From: a virus
Taxonomy: Duplodnaviria > Caudoviricetes
Virus record (IMG/VR): IMGVR_UViG_3300032285_001531
Length of the DNA: 64,000 nt
Reading direction: 5' to 3' (one strand)
Part shown: positions 1 to 10,350 of the stretch, one piece after another
How the letters are laid out: each line of letters starts with the position of its first letter
Position numbering within the stretch: the first letter of the stretch is position 1
Made by a program: the position numbers and the translations under genes
Notes under the pieces: model-generated
The model's input: the letters and a program-made list of their open reading frames with translations, nothing else
Told to the model about the DNA's origin: nothing
The model's database searches: none

Positions 1-671
1 AATTCAAACGCTTTGGTGCCCACGTCAAAGAACTTCATTGCTGCTACTGAGTCACCTGCACTAACAATTGTTTTCTGCATTGTTACTGCTGCTAATACTT
101 CACCTGTGCTTACACTGATAGCACGGATACTCACAGTAACAATATCTTCACTATATTGTGTTTGAGGTCCTATGCCTAACCAACGTGCTGCCATACCGCC
201 TGACTTAGTTGAACTATCATATCCAACTATGCCACCTTCTAATAATATACCGGCGAACATCATAGGTGGCAAAGGCTTAGCATTTGATCCTTCATATGCT
301 TCACGCATTTGACGAATCAATTGTCGTTCACGTGTTAAGCCATCTATGCCTACACGTTCAACTACTTTGAACCACTTACCTTGTCCTACATCTTGCAATG
401 CTTTAATCAAAAACATTTCACCGCCTTGTGTTACTGCAGTGCTTAAACTTGCTACGTTTTGTTGTGGTCTACGCTGACCTGTTTTATCTGTAAATCCATA
501 CAGTGCTACTGTAATAGGTTGTCCACCTGCAGGACCCGGAATCTTATCAAATTCTTTTTGCATCATTACTGGCATATTAACAGGTTTAGGAGCTGACCCC
601 ATACGCTCGTTTTGCGATACTGCACATCCTGATAATAAACTTAGTAATAATAATATTTTTATTGTTCTCAT
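1..671 (-). CDS. csgG: Curli assembly/transport lipoprotein CsgG (3' end outside window)
   Basis: Hand translation: MRTIKILLLSLLSGC lipobox, then FTDKTGQRRP, SLSTAVTQGG, WFQVVERVGIDGLTRERQLIR, LEGGIVGYD, all typical of CsgG. Start overlaps the csgF stop (TAATG). Confidence 0.85.
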   Translation of the reverse strand, partial: MRTIKILLLLSLLSGCAVSQNERMGSAPKPVNMPVMMQKEFDKIPGPAGGQPITVALYGFTDKTGQRRPQQNVASLSTAVTQGGEMFLIKALQDVGQGKWFKVVERVGIDGLTRERQLIRQMREAYEGSNAKPLPPMMFAGILLEGGIVGYDSSTKSGGMAARWLGIGPQTQYSEDIVTVSIRAISVSTGEVLAAVTMQKTIVSAGDSVAAMKFFDVGTKAFE

Positions 672-1126
672 TATTGAAATTGAAATTGTCCTAATGGTAC
701 TGTAATCTGTGTGGTGTTCCCTACTAAATCTGTTACTGTCAAATATACGTTGCTAGAATCTTTCGTCCATGAAATATTATTCCCCTCAAAGTTCAGTGTA
801 CCACTATTACTACCACCATTAGCAAACATAGCAGTTGCTAAGTTTTGACTGATTTGTGCATAGATTCGTGATTCTAAGTTATTAAGGAATTTCTGTAGAT
901 TTGTGTTTTTGGCATCTGCTGCAGCCTTATCTATTGCTGACTGTATATCTTTCCTCAATTGTTCTTTTCTAGTATGTTCCTGATTCTCTATAGTAAGTAC
1001 GTGGCTGCTGTATCCAATACCATTAAAGGATGGACTTTTAAAACTATAATCGGGTAAAGGCGCAGCATAAACTACGCTGGTTAGTGCAGTTAGAACAGCC
1101 ACCTTTATTATTTTTTTGACTACCAT
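671..1126 (-). CDS. csgF: Curli assembly protein CsgF-like
   Basis: Signal peptide, YSFKSPSFNG motif, FLNNLESRIYAQIS, C-terminal VTDLVGNTTQITVP; directly upstream of csgG. Confidence 0.75.
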   Translation of the reverse strand: MVVKKIIKVAVLTALTSVVYAAPLPDYSFKSPSFNGIGYSSHVLTIENQEHTRKEQLRKDIQSAIDKAAADAKNTNLQKFLNNLESRIYAQISQNLATAMFANGGSNSGTLNFEGNNISWTKDSSNVYLTVTDLVGNTTQITVPLGQFQFQ

Positions 1127-1220
1127 TGGTACAATCTTTCCAGATAAATACTACTATAATAAGACTATTTAGTTGACTTAGATCAAAAAAATAGCGTAAT
1201 ACTTTACAGGGAGCATAAAT

Positions 1221-1499
1221 ATGGACTTTTTCAAATTAGTCGCCGAAGTGGGGTTTCCCATTGCCGGTGCATGTGCCGCAGGGTATTTCGTGTTTTTGAC
1301 ATTGAAGTTTATCTTGGCTGGTGTAACAGGTAGTGTTATGGGTATCAAGGGCATTATTATGGCCCTAGATAATCGTGTTAAAACCATGAACCATGATGTA
1401 GTAAGAATTGACGTAACAGTAAGTAATGCATTAGGACTCAGACCAGACGTAGACCGTATTGCGAGAGCAGACGGAAAAAACGATGCAAGGAGAGACTAA
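1221..1499 (+). CDS. Small membrane protein (GFPI motif), paralog of 2443-2793
   Basis: N-terminal TM helix; GFPI and ALDNRVKTMNHDVVRI motifs; RBS GGAG upstream. Confidence 0.7.
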   Translation: MDFFKLVAEVGFPIAGACAAGYFVFLTLKFILAGVTGSVMGIKGIIMALDNRVKTMNHDVVRIDVTVSNALGLRPDVDRIARADGKNDARRD

Positions 1500-1681
1500 T
1501 GAAAATATTCAAAGGAAACAAATGGAATCAATGGTATGAGTCATTACCTGAGAACTACAAGATATACCTAGAAAATCAAGGTAAGTATTACGAACAACAT
1601 AATACAAATGACATTATAGTATCATTAGCAATAGGATTCATAGTAGGAATAGGTTTAGGGTTTTGGCTATTCCTTAAATGA
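1499..1681 (+). CDS. Small protein with C-terminal TM helix
   Basis: Coupled stop/start with neighbours; hydrophobic C-terminus. Confidence 0.55.
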   Translation: MKIFKGNKWNQWYESLPENYKIYLENQGKYYEQHNTNDIIVSLAIGFIVGIGLGFWLFLK

Positions 1682-1908
1682 GTGCCCATATTTTATCTAA
1701 AGGATCAGTTGTGCTATTTCATGATTACACTTGGAATCTAGATGAAAACGGAATTAAACTAGATAGTGAATTAGAAGTAGAACAACTGGGCTGGCAGGTA
1801 GGAGACTACTTTAAGTTTGTAGAAGAAAATGGTGTACGTAGATTAGTAAAAATAGATGTGTTAGAGAAGTTTATAATAAAAGGAGCAGATAATGAAACAA
1901 ATGATTGA
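1678..1908 (+). CDS. Hypothetical protein (possible AbrB-like fold)
   Basis: ATGA overlap with upstream gene; LGWQVGD motif. Confidence 0.55.
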   Translation: MSAHILSKGSVVLFHDYTWNLDENGIKLDSELEVEQLGWQVGDYFKFVEENGVRRLVKIDVLEKFIIKGADNETND

Positions 1909-2443
1909 TAAAGCAACAGGAAAAGTATTGACAAGAAGTGAAGCCGAAGCTAAAATTAAAGATAAAGCAGGATGGGTTATCACAGTTGTTGCTGCACTAT
2001 TAGCAGTTAATGCTTACTTAGGCAATAGTAATAGTAGTAAAATATTAAACAATACAATTGAAGCAAACGATACTTGGGGTTTCTATCAAGCAAAAAGTAT
2101 TAAGCAAAGTATTGCTGAAGGGCAACTTGATGATGCATTGTCACGTAAGGATGCAGCAAAGGTTGAGAAGCTAAGAGCAAAGATTGCAAGATACGAAAGT
2201 GATCCTGAAAAAGGTGAGGGTAAAAAAGAGTTAATGGCTAAGGCTCAGAAACTAGCAGCAGATAGAGCAGAAGCTAAAAAACGTAGTCCGTGGTATACAT
2301 TTGCCGGTACTGCATTTCAGTTAGCAATTGTGTTATTATCAGCAAGTATATTAGCAGTGAGTATGACTATGTTCTGGGCCAGCTTGTGGGTTGGCGGTAT
2401 TGGTGCTATACTAATGGCACAAGCTATTTGGATGATAGTATAA
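1892..2443 (+). CDS. DUF4337-like membrane protein
   Basis: TM helices flanking a coiled coil; DTWGFYQAKSIKQ motif. Confidence 0.65.
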   Translation: MKQMIDKATGKVLTRSEAEAKIKDKAGWVITVVAALLAVNAYLGNSNSSKILNNTIEANDTWGFYQAKSIKQSIAEGQLDDALSRKDAAKVEKLRAKIARYESDPEKGEGKKELMAKAQKLAADRAEAKKRSPWYTFAGTAFQLAIVLLSASILAVSMTMFWASLWVGGIGAILMAQAIWMIV

Positions 2444-2793
2444 TGGATGGCATAGCTGATTTAATTAACAAATATGGTTTTCCCATAGTTGCTGCAGGCG
2501 GAACCGGTTACATGATATACTATGTTTGGGAATGGGCGACTAAGGATATTAAGCCTGTTCTCAGTGAAGCGAATACTACATTGATTGCATTAATCGACCG
2601 TATTCGTATGCTAGATAATGACTTAATAAGATTGCAACAAAAAGTTAACACTACACTTCATTTACGTGGTAAGATTATTGAAAGTGAACGTGTTATGGAA
2701 GCACATAAAGTTGATGTTGAGGCAGAAAAGAAATTTAGACAGGCAGTAGAAGAAGAACCGCATCCTCATCATAAGAAAGAGGAACCAAAATGA
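2443..2793 (+). CDS. Small membrane protein (GFPI motif)
   Basis: Start refined to the ATG at 2443 (TAATG overlap); GFPIVAAGG and ALIDRIRMLDNDLIRL. Confidence 0.7.
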   Translation: MDGIADLINKYGFPIVAAGGTGYMIYYVWEWATKDIKPVLSEANTTLIALIDRIRMLDNDLIRLQQKVNTTLHLRGKIIESERVMEAHKVDVEAEKKFRQAVEEEPHPHHKKEEPK

Positions 2794-2875
2794 TTAACAC
2801 ATTTTTAATCATAATAGGTTTTGTAGCAGCAGTTTTATTCATACGTTGGTTAACCGAAGAGATAGATGGTGAATA

Positions 2876-3484
2876 ATGAAAATTTTTGAAGTACAAGAAC
2901 AAGAAGTAGTTGAACAGAAACCGCCTATGTTGTACCTTGACATGGACGGAGTTCAGGCAGACTTTTTTACAAGCTGGGCTTTATGGCACGGCGAGAAAAT
3001 TCAAAATCCTGAAGTACAAAGATACAAACAAATTGGTGACAAAGAAAAGCGTGAGGAAAGCATTCGTGCCTTACAAGCAGAAGGTCCTGAATTTGTCTAT
3101 CAGTTCTTTGCTACTTTACCAATACTTCCAAACGGTATGGCACTTGTGCAGTGGATCAAAGACAACAAGATTCCTTGCACAATCTTATCCGCTCCCCTAC
3201 GTTCAAGCCCTGAGGACAAACAAAAGTTAATCACGGCTGCAAGCATTGAGGGTAAGAAATATTGGCTCAGTCAACACAACCCCGGACTTCCTATGATATT
3301 TGACGGTATGAAGGAAAGATACGCTACAAAAGGCGGTCAACCTAACGTATTAGTTGATGACCATAAGAAGTACATTTCAGCATGGGAAGGTAAGGGCGGA
3401 ATCGGTATATTACACCGTGAACAAAATACTGACCATACCATTCAACAACTTAAACAGATATATGGAAAGTTTCTAGATAAATAG
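2876..3484 (+). CDS. 5'(3')-deoxyribonucleotidase-like HAD hydrolase
   Basis: YLDMDGV HAD motif I and LVDD motif IV. Confidence 0.8.
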   Translation: MKIFEVQEQEVVEQKPPMLYLDMDGVQADFFTSWALWHGEKIQNPEVQRYKQIGDKEKREESIRALQAEGPEFVYQFFATLPILPNGMALVQWIKDNKIPCTILSAPLRSSPEDKQKLITAASIEGKKYWLSQHNPGLPMIFDGMKERYATKGGQPNVLVDDHKKYISAWEGKGGIGILHREQNTDHTIQQLKQIYGKFLDK

Positions 3485-3511
3485 TATATTATCCTTAAAG
3501 GCAAATATACT

Positions 3512-4480
3512 ATGGAACACGATTTTTTCAAAAAATACATTGATATCATCAATGAGGCACAAGCTCCGGCGCCAGGCGCAATGCGCCCTACAACAGCACA
3601 AACATTAGCAGCTACTAGAGCGGCTAGTAATGCATCAGCTGGAGGTAACGTTCCACCAAACTCTCCAAAACAGATGCCGTACATGGCGCCGCAAAAGCAA
3701 GTTGGAGAACCGCAAAGAGTAGCACCCACAGCAAGTTTAGGTGGAATGTCACAATCAGCGGACGCAAAAACAGGTGATATTACTACTGCATTTAACGCAG
3801 GTGATGTGGGTGTATCATCAACAAAAACTCCCGGCGGATATGTAAAAGCAAAATCAATGGATTATCAAATGGGTGATGTTGGTGTTGCTCAATCTCAAAA
3901 TGCACCTAATTATGCTCAGGGACAAATTGCTGCACCTACTACAACTACTGCAACAACAGGTAGTGGAGCACAAGGAACAGCCGTAAGTGGTGTTGGCTTT
4001 GGTGGTGCGAGCGGTAGCAATGTTGGTAACAATACAGTTACTTCAGGTGATCAAGAACTAGCTGGTATAGCAAAAGGAATGACCCCTCAGCCAGGTCAAC
4101 AAACTGTGCAAGAAGAAGAAGAACCAGAATCAGTACGAGATTTACTAAAGAAATTACTTGACATCGTAAGAGACCACGAAGGTCCTAAAAAAGATTCTGA
4201 AAAAGAAGTAGACGAAGCTAAAAAAGATGATGGTAAGGATCAAAAGAATACAAGTACTACTAAAGATAATCCTTCTCAGAATCCAACAAAGACTGATATT
4301 CCAAAACGTGAGACACCAAAGAACACTTCTACTGTGATTGGAAAAGAAGATGACAAAGAAGAAGATGAAGAAAAAGTCACAGAAGATGAAAACCTATATC
4401 AGCGTGAGTACCAAGTGGCTGAGGAAAAAATTGAAGAATCTCTCCGTAGTTTATTAAAGGCTATCAAAGAAGGTAAATGA
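3512..4480 (+). CDS. Low-complexity putative virion/head protein
   Basis: ATAAATA motif upstream (3477-3483); Gly/Ala/Thr-rich middle, charged C-terminus. Confidence 0.55.
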   Translation: MEHDFFKKYIDIINEAQAPAPGAMRPTTAQTLAATRAASNASAGGNVPPNSPKQMPYMAPQKQVGEPQRVAPTASLGGMSQSADAKTGDITTAFNAGDVGVSSTKTPGGYVKAKSMDYQMGDVGVAQSQNAPNYAQGQIAAPTTTTATTGSGAQGTAVSGVGFGGASGSNVGNNTVTSGDQELAGIAKGMTPQPGQQTVQEEEEPESVRDLLKKLLDIVRDHEGPKKDSEKEVDEAKKDDGKDQKNTSTTKDNPSQNPTKTDIPKRETPKNTSTVIGKEDDKEEDEEKVTEDENLYQREYQVAEEKIEESLRSLLKAIKEGK

Positions 4481-5076
4481 GAGCAAGCGAGTTCATTACT
4501 GAAGATAGTAAGCCACAAATAGCATATGATGAATATGCTAGACAAATGGCTGAAAAGTATGGGATTCCACCTGGCATGGTTTTACATGCTATGAAGAAAG
4601 AAACAGGACACCTAGCTGATGATCCTGCAGCAAGAGCAACAGTTAGAGGTCCTAAAACTAAAAGTGGTGAACGTGCAGTAGGTGTTATGCAATTAATGCC
4701 TATAGCTGCAAAAGATGTAGGAGTTAAGGATCGTACTGATCCTTATGAAAATATACGAGGCGGTACAGAGTTGTTAGCCAAATACTACAATAGATATAGC
4801 AAAGATCCTACATTAGCATTAGCAGCATACAATGCAGGACCAACTGCTGTTGAAAAGTACGGCGGAATTCCACCATTCAAGCAAACCCAAAATTATGTAG
4901 CAGATTATGTACATGATGAAAGAACTATACCATCGGCACCGAAAGCTGATGATTCATGGACTAGTAAAATTTCAAATTATGTAAGTGATTTAGTATCTCC
5001 AAAACCATCAACCCCAGAACCAAAACCAGTTAAATCAAAGTCTGCTTATACTGACTTACCAACTTCTCAATATTAA
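4477..5076 (+). CDS. Lytic transglycosylase (SLT domain)
   Basis: KKET catalytic Glu, AVGVMQLMP, DPYENIRGG, ALAAYNAG motifs. Confidence 0.9.
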   Translation: MRASEFITEDSKPQIAYDEYARQMAEKYGIPPGMVLHAMKKETGHLADDPAARATVRGPKTKSGERAVGVMQLMPIAAKDVGVKDRTDPYENIRGGTELLAKYYNRYSKDPTLALAAYNAGPTAVEKYGGIPPFKQTQNYVADYVHDERTIPSAPKADDSWTSKISNYVSDLVSPKPSTPEPKPVKSKSAYTDLPTSQY

Positions 5077-5136
5077 TGGGAGAATTATTTTTATACTAAG
5101 TATTGTTATAATGATAATTTTCCTGTACAATAAGAT

Positions 5137-5319
5137 ATGAGCAAAAAGAACAAAGATCACAAAAGGTATGAGGTTATCACCCAAGAAGATACCAACGGTG
5201 ATGTTCTTATCCCCATTCCTCCTGCACTATTAACAGAGTTGAAATGGGAACCAGGTGATGACATTGAGTTTAATGTCGATAAGACTGGTCGATTCATTCT
5301 TAAAAAGGTTGACAAATGA
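5137..5319 (+). CDS. AbrB/MazE-like DNA-binding protein
   Basis: IPIPPALLTELKWEPGDDIEF pattern. Confidence 0.6.
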   Translation: MSKKNKDHKRYEVITQEDTNGDVLIPIPPALLTELKWEPGDDIEFNVDKTGRFILKKVDK

Positions 5320-5789
5320 GTATAACAACGATACCTCCATTAACTACATCAAATATTAAGCCTTTGACTGCTGCTGATTTATCCACTGTAGGGATTAATT
5401 CAGGAACATTAGGACATGTATACAATGGCACCGGTGGCGCCTATGGTATAGGATCACCTAACATAACATGGTCTGGCACAAGCTATCAACATCCTCAAAC
5501 TATAACACTAAATCCAAATCCAATTTCAAATGTATATACTAATGGTGCGATACAGAATTCTGGTACGATACAAGTAAAGGGTGATGCTGAGTTTGAAGGC
5601 AAGATTAAAGTAGGTGGAAAAGATTTAGTTGAGTTATTATCTAAGATAGAAGATAAATTAGCAATTTATAAACCTAATCCTGAACTAGAAGAAAAGTGGG
5701 AAGAACTACGTGAATTATCAAAACGTTATAAAGAACTAGAAGCTGAAATCAAAGAGAAAGAACAAGTGTGGGACATCCTCAAAAAATGA
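5316..5789 (+). CDS. Hypothetical protein
   Basis: ATGA overlap; C-terminal coiled coil. Confidence 0.55.
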   Translation: MSITTIPPLTTSNIKPLTAADLSTVGINSGTLGHVYNGTGGAYGIGSPNITWSGTSYQHPQTITLNPNPISNVYTNGAIQNSGTIQVKGDAEFEGKIKVGGKDLVELLSKIEDKLAIYKPNPELEEKWEELRELSKRYKELEAEIKEKEQVWDILKK

Positions 5790-5791
5790 TG

Positions 5792-5820
5792 TTGACACTT
5801 AATCATTTTGGTAGTAGAAT
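5792..5820 (+). promoter_or_regulatory. Sigma70 promoter
   Basis: TTGACA-17 nt-TAGAAT. Confidence 0.75.
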
Positions 5821-5850
5821 CATAATACAGTCAACTACTTCAATATTACT

Positions 5851-6240
5851 ATGACAATGCATCTAGCACATCCTGCACTCACTACAATGGGCAAGCGTAA
5901 GGGTAAACACAAATGGGCTTCTTCTGAGCAAAAGCGTAAAGCAGAGCAATTAGACCGTGAGTGGAAAGACTTGCAGGATAAATGGAAAATTGACGCTGAA
6001 GATAAAAAGCGCAGTCGTGCATTGAAGTCTAAGCCTTATATTCCTCCTAAAAATCCAAGACTAGCAGAGATACGTAATCTGCCTAGTGTTGATACAGGTC
6101 ACACTGGTGCTGTCACTATTAGACAAACACCAAAATACACAGGTGACAAAATCATTGGTATCGGTACTATGCATAAAAGTAATGCTGTGCCTATTTTTAC
6201 TGATGAAGCAGCAAAAGACATTAGTAAAATGAGGAGATAA
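5851..6240 (+). CDS. Basic hypothetical phage protein
   Basis: Long ORF after promoter; C-terminal [14 protein letters not shown]. Confidence 0.6.
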   Translation: MTMHLAHPALTTMGKRKGKHKWASSEQKRKAEQLDREWKDLQDKWKIDAEDKKRSRALKSKPYIPPKNPRLAEIRNLPSVDTGHTGAVTIRQTPKYTGDKIIGIGTMHKSNAVPIFTDEAAKDISKMRR

Positions 6241-6455
6241 TGGCTAAAGAAGAAGGATTAAAAATTGATGGTAAAGTCATCGATGTATTACCAAATGCAA
6301 TGTTTAGGGTTGAATTACCGAACAAGCAGTTGATTATTGGTTACATATCAGGTAAAATGCGCAAGCATGACATCAAGATTCTACTAGGAGACACGGTAGA
6401 AGTAGAGTTCAGTCCATATGACTTAACTAGAGGCCGAATCACACGCCGCAGATAA
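6240..6455 (+). CDS. infA: Translation initiation factor IF-1
   Basis: MAKEE...[11 protein letters not shown]...[26 protein letters not shown]. Confidence 0.95.
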   Translation: MAKEEGLKIDGKVIDVLPNAMFRVELPNKQLIIGYISGKMRKHDIKILLGDTVEVEFSPYDLTRGRITRRR

Positions 6456-6463
6456 ATATTCTA

Positions 6464-7018
6464 ATGCGTGATATCATTACATTACTTGAGGATAAGAACA
6501 AACCTCAAGACATCGAAATAATTAATCTAAACTTTGAACCAAAAGACGTAAGCCCTGTCCTCAGCAAGGATACAATAGACTTACACTATGGTAAACTAGC
6601 CCATGGGTATGCAGAAAGATACAACAAGGGTGAAGGTGATCCTGATTTCAATTATGCAGGTGCATTTTTGCACAATACACTTTTCCCACAGTTCCGTGAA
6701 GTTCGTAATGATAACAAGCCTAATGGCCCTATGCTAGGATTCATCAAAAAACACTTTGGTGGATACGACAATATGAAGGATAAGTTTGAAGAAGAAGCTA
6801 TGAAGTTACAGGGTAGTAATTGGATTTATCTAGCGCACAATGGTACCATCAAAACAATCAAAAACCATGAAGTACGTAATGATATACTATTGTTAATTGA
6901 CTGGTGGGAACATGCATGGATCCTTGACTACGGCACAGATAAGAAAAAGTATCTAAAAGAACAGTGGAAGATCATCAACTGGAACGTCATCAACACACGT
7001 TGGGGCAAAAGTCTTTAA
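6464..7018 (+). CDS. sod: Fe/Mn superoxide dismutase
   Basis: LHYGK, AFLHN and DWWEHAW retain the four metal-ligand positions. Confidence 0.85.
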   Translation: MRDIITLLEDKNKPQDIEIINLNFEPKDVSPVLSKDTIDLHYGKLAHGYAERYNKGEGDPDFNYAGAFLHNTLFPQFREVRNDNKPNGPMLGFIKKHFGGYDNMKDKFEEEAMKLQGSNWIYLAHNGTIKTIKNHEVRNDILLLIDWWEHAWILDYGTDKKKYLKEQWKIINWNVINTRWGKSL

Positions 7019-7056
7019 ATATAATGGTCAAGCACGTAGTCAATAAATATTAGACT

Positions 7057-7755
7057 ATGTATACCGATCAAAAAATCAAAGTAGTAGTCGCTACCGAATA
7101 TTCACAAGAAGATTTTAAGCAGAAAGCTGAAACTGCTAAATCACTAATGGCTACAAATCAGAAAAATATCCAGATTCATATTGCCACCAATAATAAATCT
7201 AGTTTAGGTGAAGTATATAATAACATAATTGAACAGAGTTTAGATGAAGATTATATTATTGTGTTCATGCATGACGATGTTATGATACTTGATTACTTCT
7301 GGCCATTAAGGGTTACGGAAGCATTAAAGAAATATGACGTTGTTGGATTAGCAGGAAATATAAAGAGAGTTGACTATCAACCCGCATGGGGACATTTAAT
7401 CAAAGAAAGTGGATTTGTTTGGGATGAAAATACAAACCTAACTGGTACTGTTGCGCACGGTCAAAACTGGTACCCAAACAATATCAACTATTATGGTCCT
7501 AGCGATCAAGAAGTAAAACTCTTAGATGGAGTGTTCTTAGCAGCACATAGTAACACATTAAAACAATCAGGACTACGATTCGACCCACAGTTTGACTTTC
7601 ATTTCTATGACATGGACTTCTGTAGACAAGCAGAATTAAAGAATCTAAAGATGGGTACATTTCCACTAGCCATAATTCATGCAGGGACAGGGTCATTAGG
7701 TACTGCTGAATGGAGTAAGAATTTTCGCAAGTATGCAGATAAGTATACAAAATAA
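7057..7755 (+). CDS. Glycosyltransferase family 2-like protein
   Basis: FMHDDV DxD-like motif, VVGLAG, LDGVFLA, FHFYDMDFC. Confidence 0.75.
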   Translation: MYTDQKIKVVVATEYSQEDFKQKAETAKSLMATNQKNIQIHIATNNKSSLGEVYNNIIEQSLDEDYIIVFMHDDVMILDYFWPLRVTEALKKYDVVGLAGNIKRVDYQPAWGHLIKESGFVWDENTNLTGTVAHGQNWYPNNINYYGPSDQEVKLLDGVFLAAHSNTLKQSGLRFDPQFDFHFYDMDFCRQAELKNLKMGTFPLAIIHAGTGSLGTAEWSKNFRKYADKYTK

Positions 7756-7763
7756 GGAGTTAT

Positions 7764-8093
7764 ATGAATCTACAAGTATCAGAAAATGCCATAAAGAAAT
7801 TACATGAAATAGTAGAGGAGGAAAATGATCCTGCGCTAAGACTACGTATATTTGTACAAGGCGGTGGCTGTTCGGGTATGCAATATGGATTCACACTAGA
7901 TAATGAACAAAATGAAGATGACTTTGCAATTCCAGCAGGATCATTGAGTGTATTAATTGACAGTATTTCGGCACAATACTTAGAAAATGCTAGTATTGAC
8001 TACAGTGAAGATGTATACGGATCCAGCTTTAAAATCATTAATCCTAATGCTCAGACTACTTGTGGGTGTGGTTCTAGCTTTAATCCCTATTAA
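7764..8093 (+). CDS. erpA: Fe-S carrier protein ErpA/IscA (HesB family)
   Basis: GGGCSG and TCGCGSSF cysteine motifs. Confidence 0.9.
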   Translation: MNLQVSENAIKKLHEIVEEENDPALRLRIFVQGGGCSGMQYGFTLDNEQNEDDFAIPAGSLSVLIDSISAQYLENASIDYSEDVYGSSFKIINPNAQTTCGCGSSFNPY

Positions 8094-8123
8094 AGTAAGA
8101 TAAATACTAGATGAGGGACTAAA

Positions 8124-10307
8124 ATGCCTATACAAGGACAAGCAAATATCAACATTGGAGCACAGAATTCAGTCGCAAATAGCGATTCATTATTCACGGC
8201 TTTTAATAAAATACAGAATAATTTCACTACACTTTTCACAACCGCAAGTAACTACAATACTTTTGTTGGAAATAATGGAATAGCTACTGAGTCAACTAGT
8301 TCAACCGGTACACTCAAAATCACAAATACTGGCGTTATTAATGTAATAGCGGGAACTGGTATTACAGTAAACAGTGCCAACGGAAACGTTATAATCAGTA
8401 TGTCAGGTGACGGGACTGGTAATTTAGTGGCAGGTGTTACCAATGTTGCATTAGTTACTAATACATTAGAAATTACAGGTAGTCCTATAGTAAGTGCTGG
8501 AATTATGACAGTTGATTTGCCATTACTTCCTGCATTAGTACCCGGTCAATATGCTACACCAGTAATGTCAGTAGATGAATATGGTCGTGTAACACAAATT
8601 GCAAATTCAAGTATTGCTGGTACTGTTACTTCAGTTGCAGTAAGTGGTGGCAATGGTATTTCTATAACAGGCAGTCCGATAACATCAAATGGTACAATAA
8701 CTGTAACTAATACAGGTGTGACTAGAATTAATCCAGGTCCCGGTATTGTAGTAACTGATAACACCGGTGAACTAACAATTTCTGCAAAATTATCAAGCGG
8801 CACAGTATCACAAGTTAGTGTGTCTAGTACCACATTAACTATTACAAACCCAACAATAACTACAGCAGGTACTATTACCATTGACTTACCTACTAATATA
8901 AGCATAGTTGGTAATATAACTAATTCTGGTAATACAATAACATACGGCAACATCACAGGTAACAGAAATGTGCAGATAACTGGGAATCTGACAGCTAATG
9001 GTAATATTTCTGTAGCAGGAAACTTAGTAGCATCAACTCCAGATAATATCAAGATTGGTGGAGGTACATCAAGTTATTTCTTACAAACAGACGGTGGCGG
9101 CAATCTAAGTTGGCAACCAGCTCCGGGTGCAGTTGGAACTACAACTGCTGCTGCAGGTAGTAACACACAAGTACAATTTAATAATGCAGGTGCAATTGGT
9201 GCTAATGCTGGCTTTACTTTTGATAAAGTTACAGGAGTTTTTACTGCTCCTAAACTATCAGGTAACGGTGCTAGTGTAACTGGAGTATTATCTGCTAATA
9301 ACGCAAACTTTGCCGGATCAGTTACTGGTGCTACCCAAAGCAATATCACAACTGTTGGTAACTTGGTTAACTTATCTGTAGTTGGAAACATTAGAGCAAA
9401 TGGTAACGTAGTTGCATTAGGTACTATATCATCAACTGGTGCTATGTATGCACTGACTCCTAGTAATTCAATAAGTAACACGACAGTTGCTACTACAGAA
9501 TTTGTAAACAATGTTATATTAACTAAAGCTCCATTAAATAGTCCAATCTTTACTGGAATTCCACAAGCTCCTGAAGTTGCAAATATAGCAAACGTTATAT
9601 TCCCAAGTTCACAAATTGCTACATTGAATTTCGTAAAAGATTTTAACGCTAATAAAGCTCCTTTAACAAGTCCGAGTTTTAATGGTATTCCACTAACACC
9701 TGATGTCACATTAGCAAATGCCGTTACTGCACCAGCCAATCAAATTTCTACAATTAATTTTGCAAGAAACTATGCTAACAGCGTAGCAAGTAACTCTAGC
9801 TTCCAAACTTCAGGTACATTAGGTAGTGCTAGATTACCTTCAGGAACAATATTACAAGTTCAGATGGCAGTAAGTGGTCCGGCAAGACAACAAATTAATA
9901 CCACTCTTAATGTTGCAGTATTAGGTCTTAAAATTAACTTTACACCGTTATCAGCTACTAGCAGAATTATCATAGATTGTGTTATTAGTGCAACTCCTAC
10001 TTATGTTCAGGGTTTTGGAGTATACAAAGACGGAGTTCCTACAGTTAATAATAATGTTGGTGGCATAGCTCCTTGGACTGCTGGTTTTCAGGTTACTAGT
10101 TTTATAGGTGTTAGTACTGCATCTGATTGGATAATGCAAGTTCCATTTAAACATACTGAAATATCAGGATCTATTGTACCTAGAATTTATGAAGTTTATG
10201 CCGGATCTCATTGGCTTGGAGTAGCATATGATATGTATATCAATAACAGAAAATCAAACGATATGGCCAGCTTCAGTTATATGACAATCTATGAAGTAGC
10301 AGTGTAA
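8124..10307 (+). CDS. Tail fibre / baseplate-anchored fibre protein
   Basis: N-terminal INIG..DSLFTAFNKIQNNF anchor; G/T/N/V-rich repeats; two KAPLxSPxFxGIP fibre repeats; C-terminal GTILQVQ tip-like domain. Confidence 0.75.
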   Translation: MPIQGQANINIGAQNSVANSDSLFTAFNKIQNNFTTLFTTASNYNTFVGNNGIATESTSSTGTLKITNTGVINVIAGTGITVNSANGNVIISMSGDGTGNLVAGVTNVALVTNTLEITGSPIVSAGIMTVDLPLLPALVPGQYATPVMSVDEYGRVTQIANSSIAGTVTSVAVSGGNGISITGSPITSNGTITVTNTGVTRINPGPGIVVTDNTGELTISAKLSSGTVSQVSVSSTTLTITNPTITTAGTITIDLPTNISIVGNITNSGNTITYGNITGNRNVQITGNLTANGNISVAGNLVASTPDNIKIGGGTSSYFLQTDGGGNLSWQPAPGAVGTTTAAAGSNTQVQFNNAGAIGANAGFTFDKVTGVFTAPKLSGNGASVTGVLSANNANFAGSVTGATQSNITTVGNLVNLSVVGNIRANGNVVALGTISSTGAMYALTPSNSISNTTVATTEFVNNVILTKAPLNSPIFTGIPQAPEVANIANVIFPSSQIATLNFVKDFNANKAPLTSPSFNGIPLTPDVTLANAVTAPANQISTINFARNYANSVASNSSFQTSGTLGSARLPSGTILQVQMAVSGPARQQINTTLNVAVLGLKINFTPLSATSRIIIDCVISATPTYVQGFGVYKDGVPTVNNNVGGIAPWTAGFQVTSFIGVSTASDWIMQVPFKHTEISGSIVPRIYEVYAGSHWLGVAYDMYINNRKSNDMASFSYMTIYEVAV

Positions 10308-10350
10308 TTTCCTCCCATTTCAGCTAAATACTGAATAAAGGAGCAAAACG

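Noticed and set aside
2290-2442. N-terminal extension of ORF 2290-2793
   Set aside because: Overlaps the DUF4337-like gene; the paralog alignment supports a start at 2443
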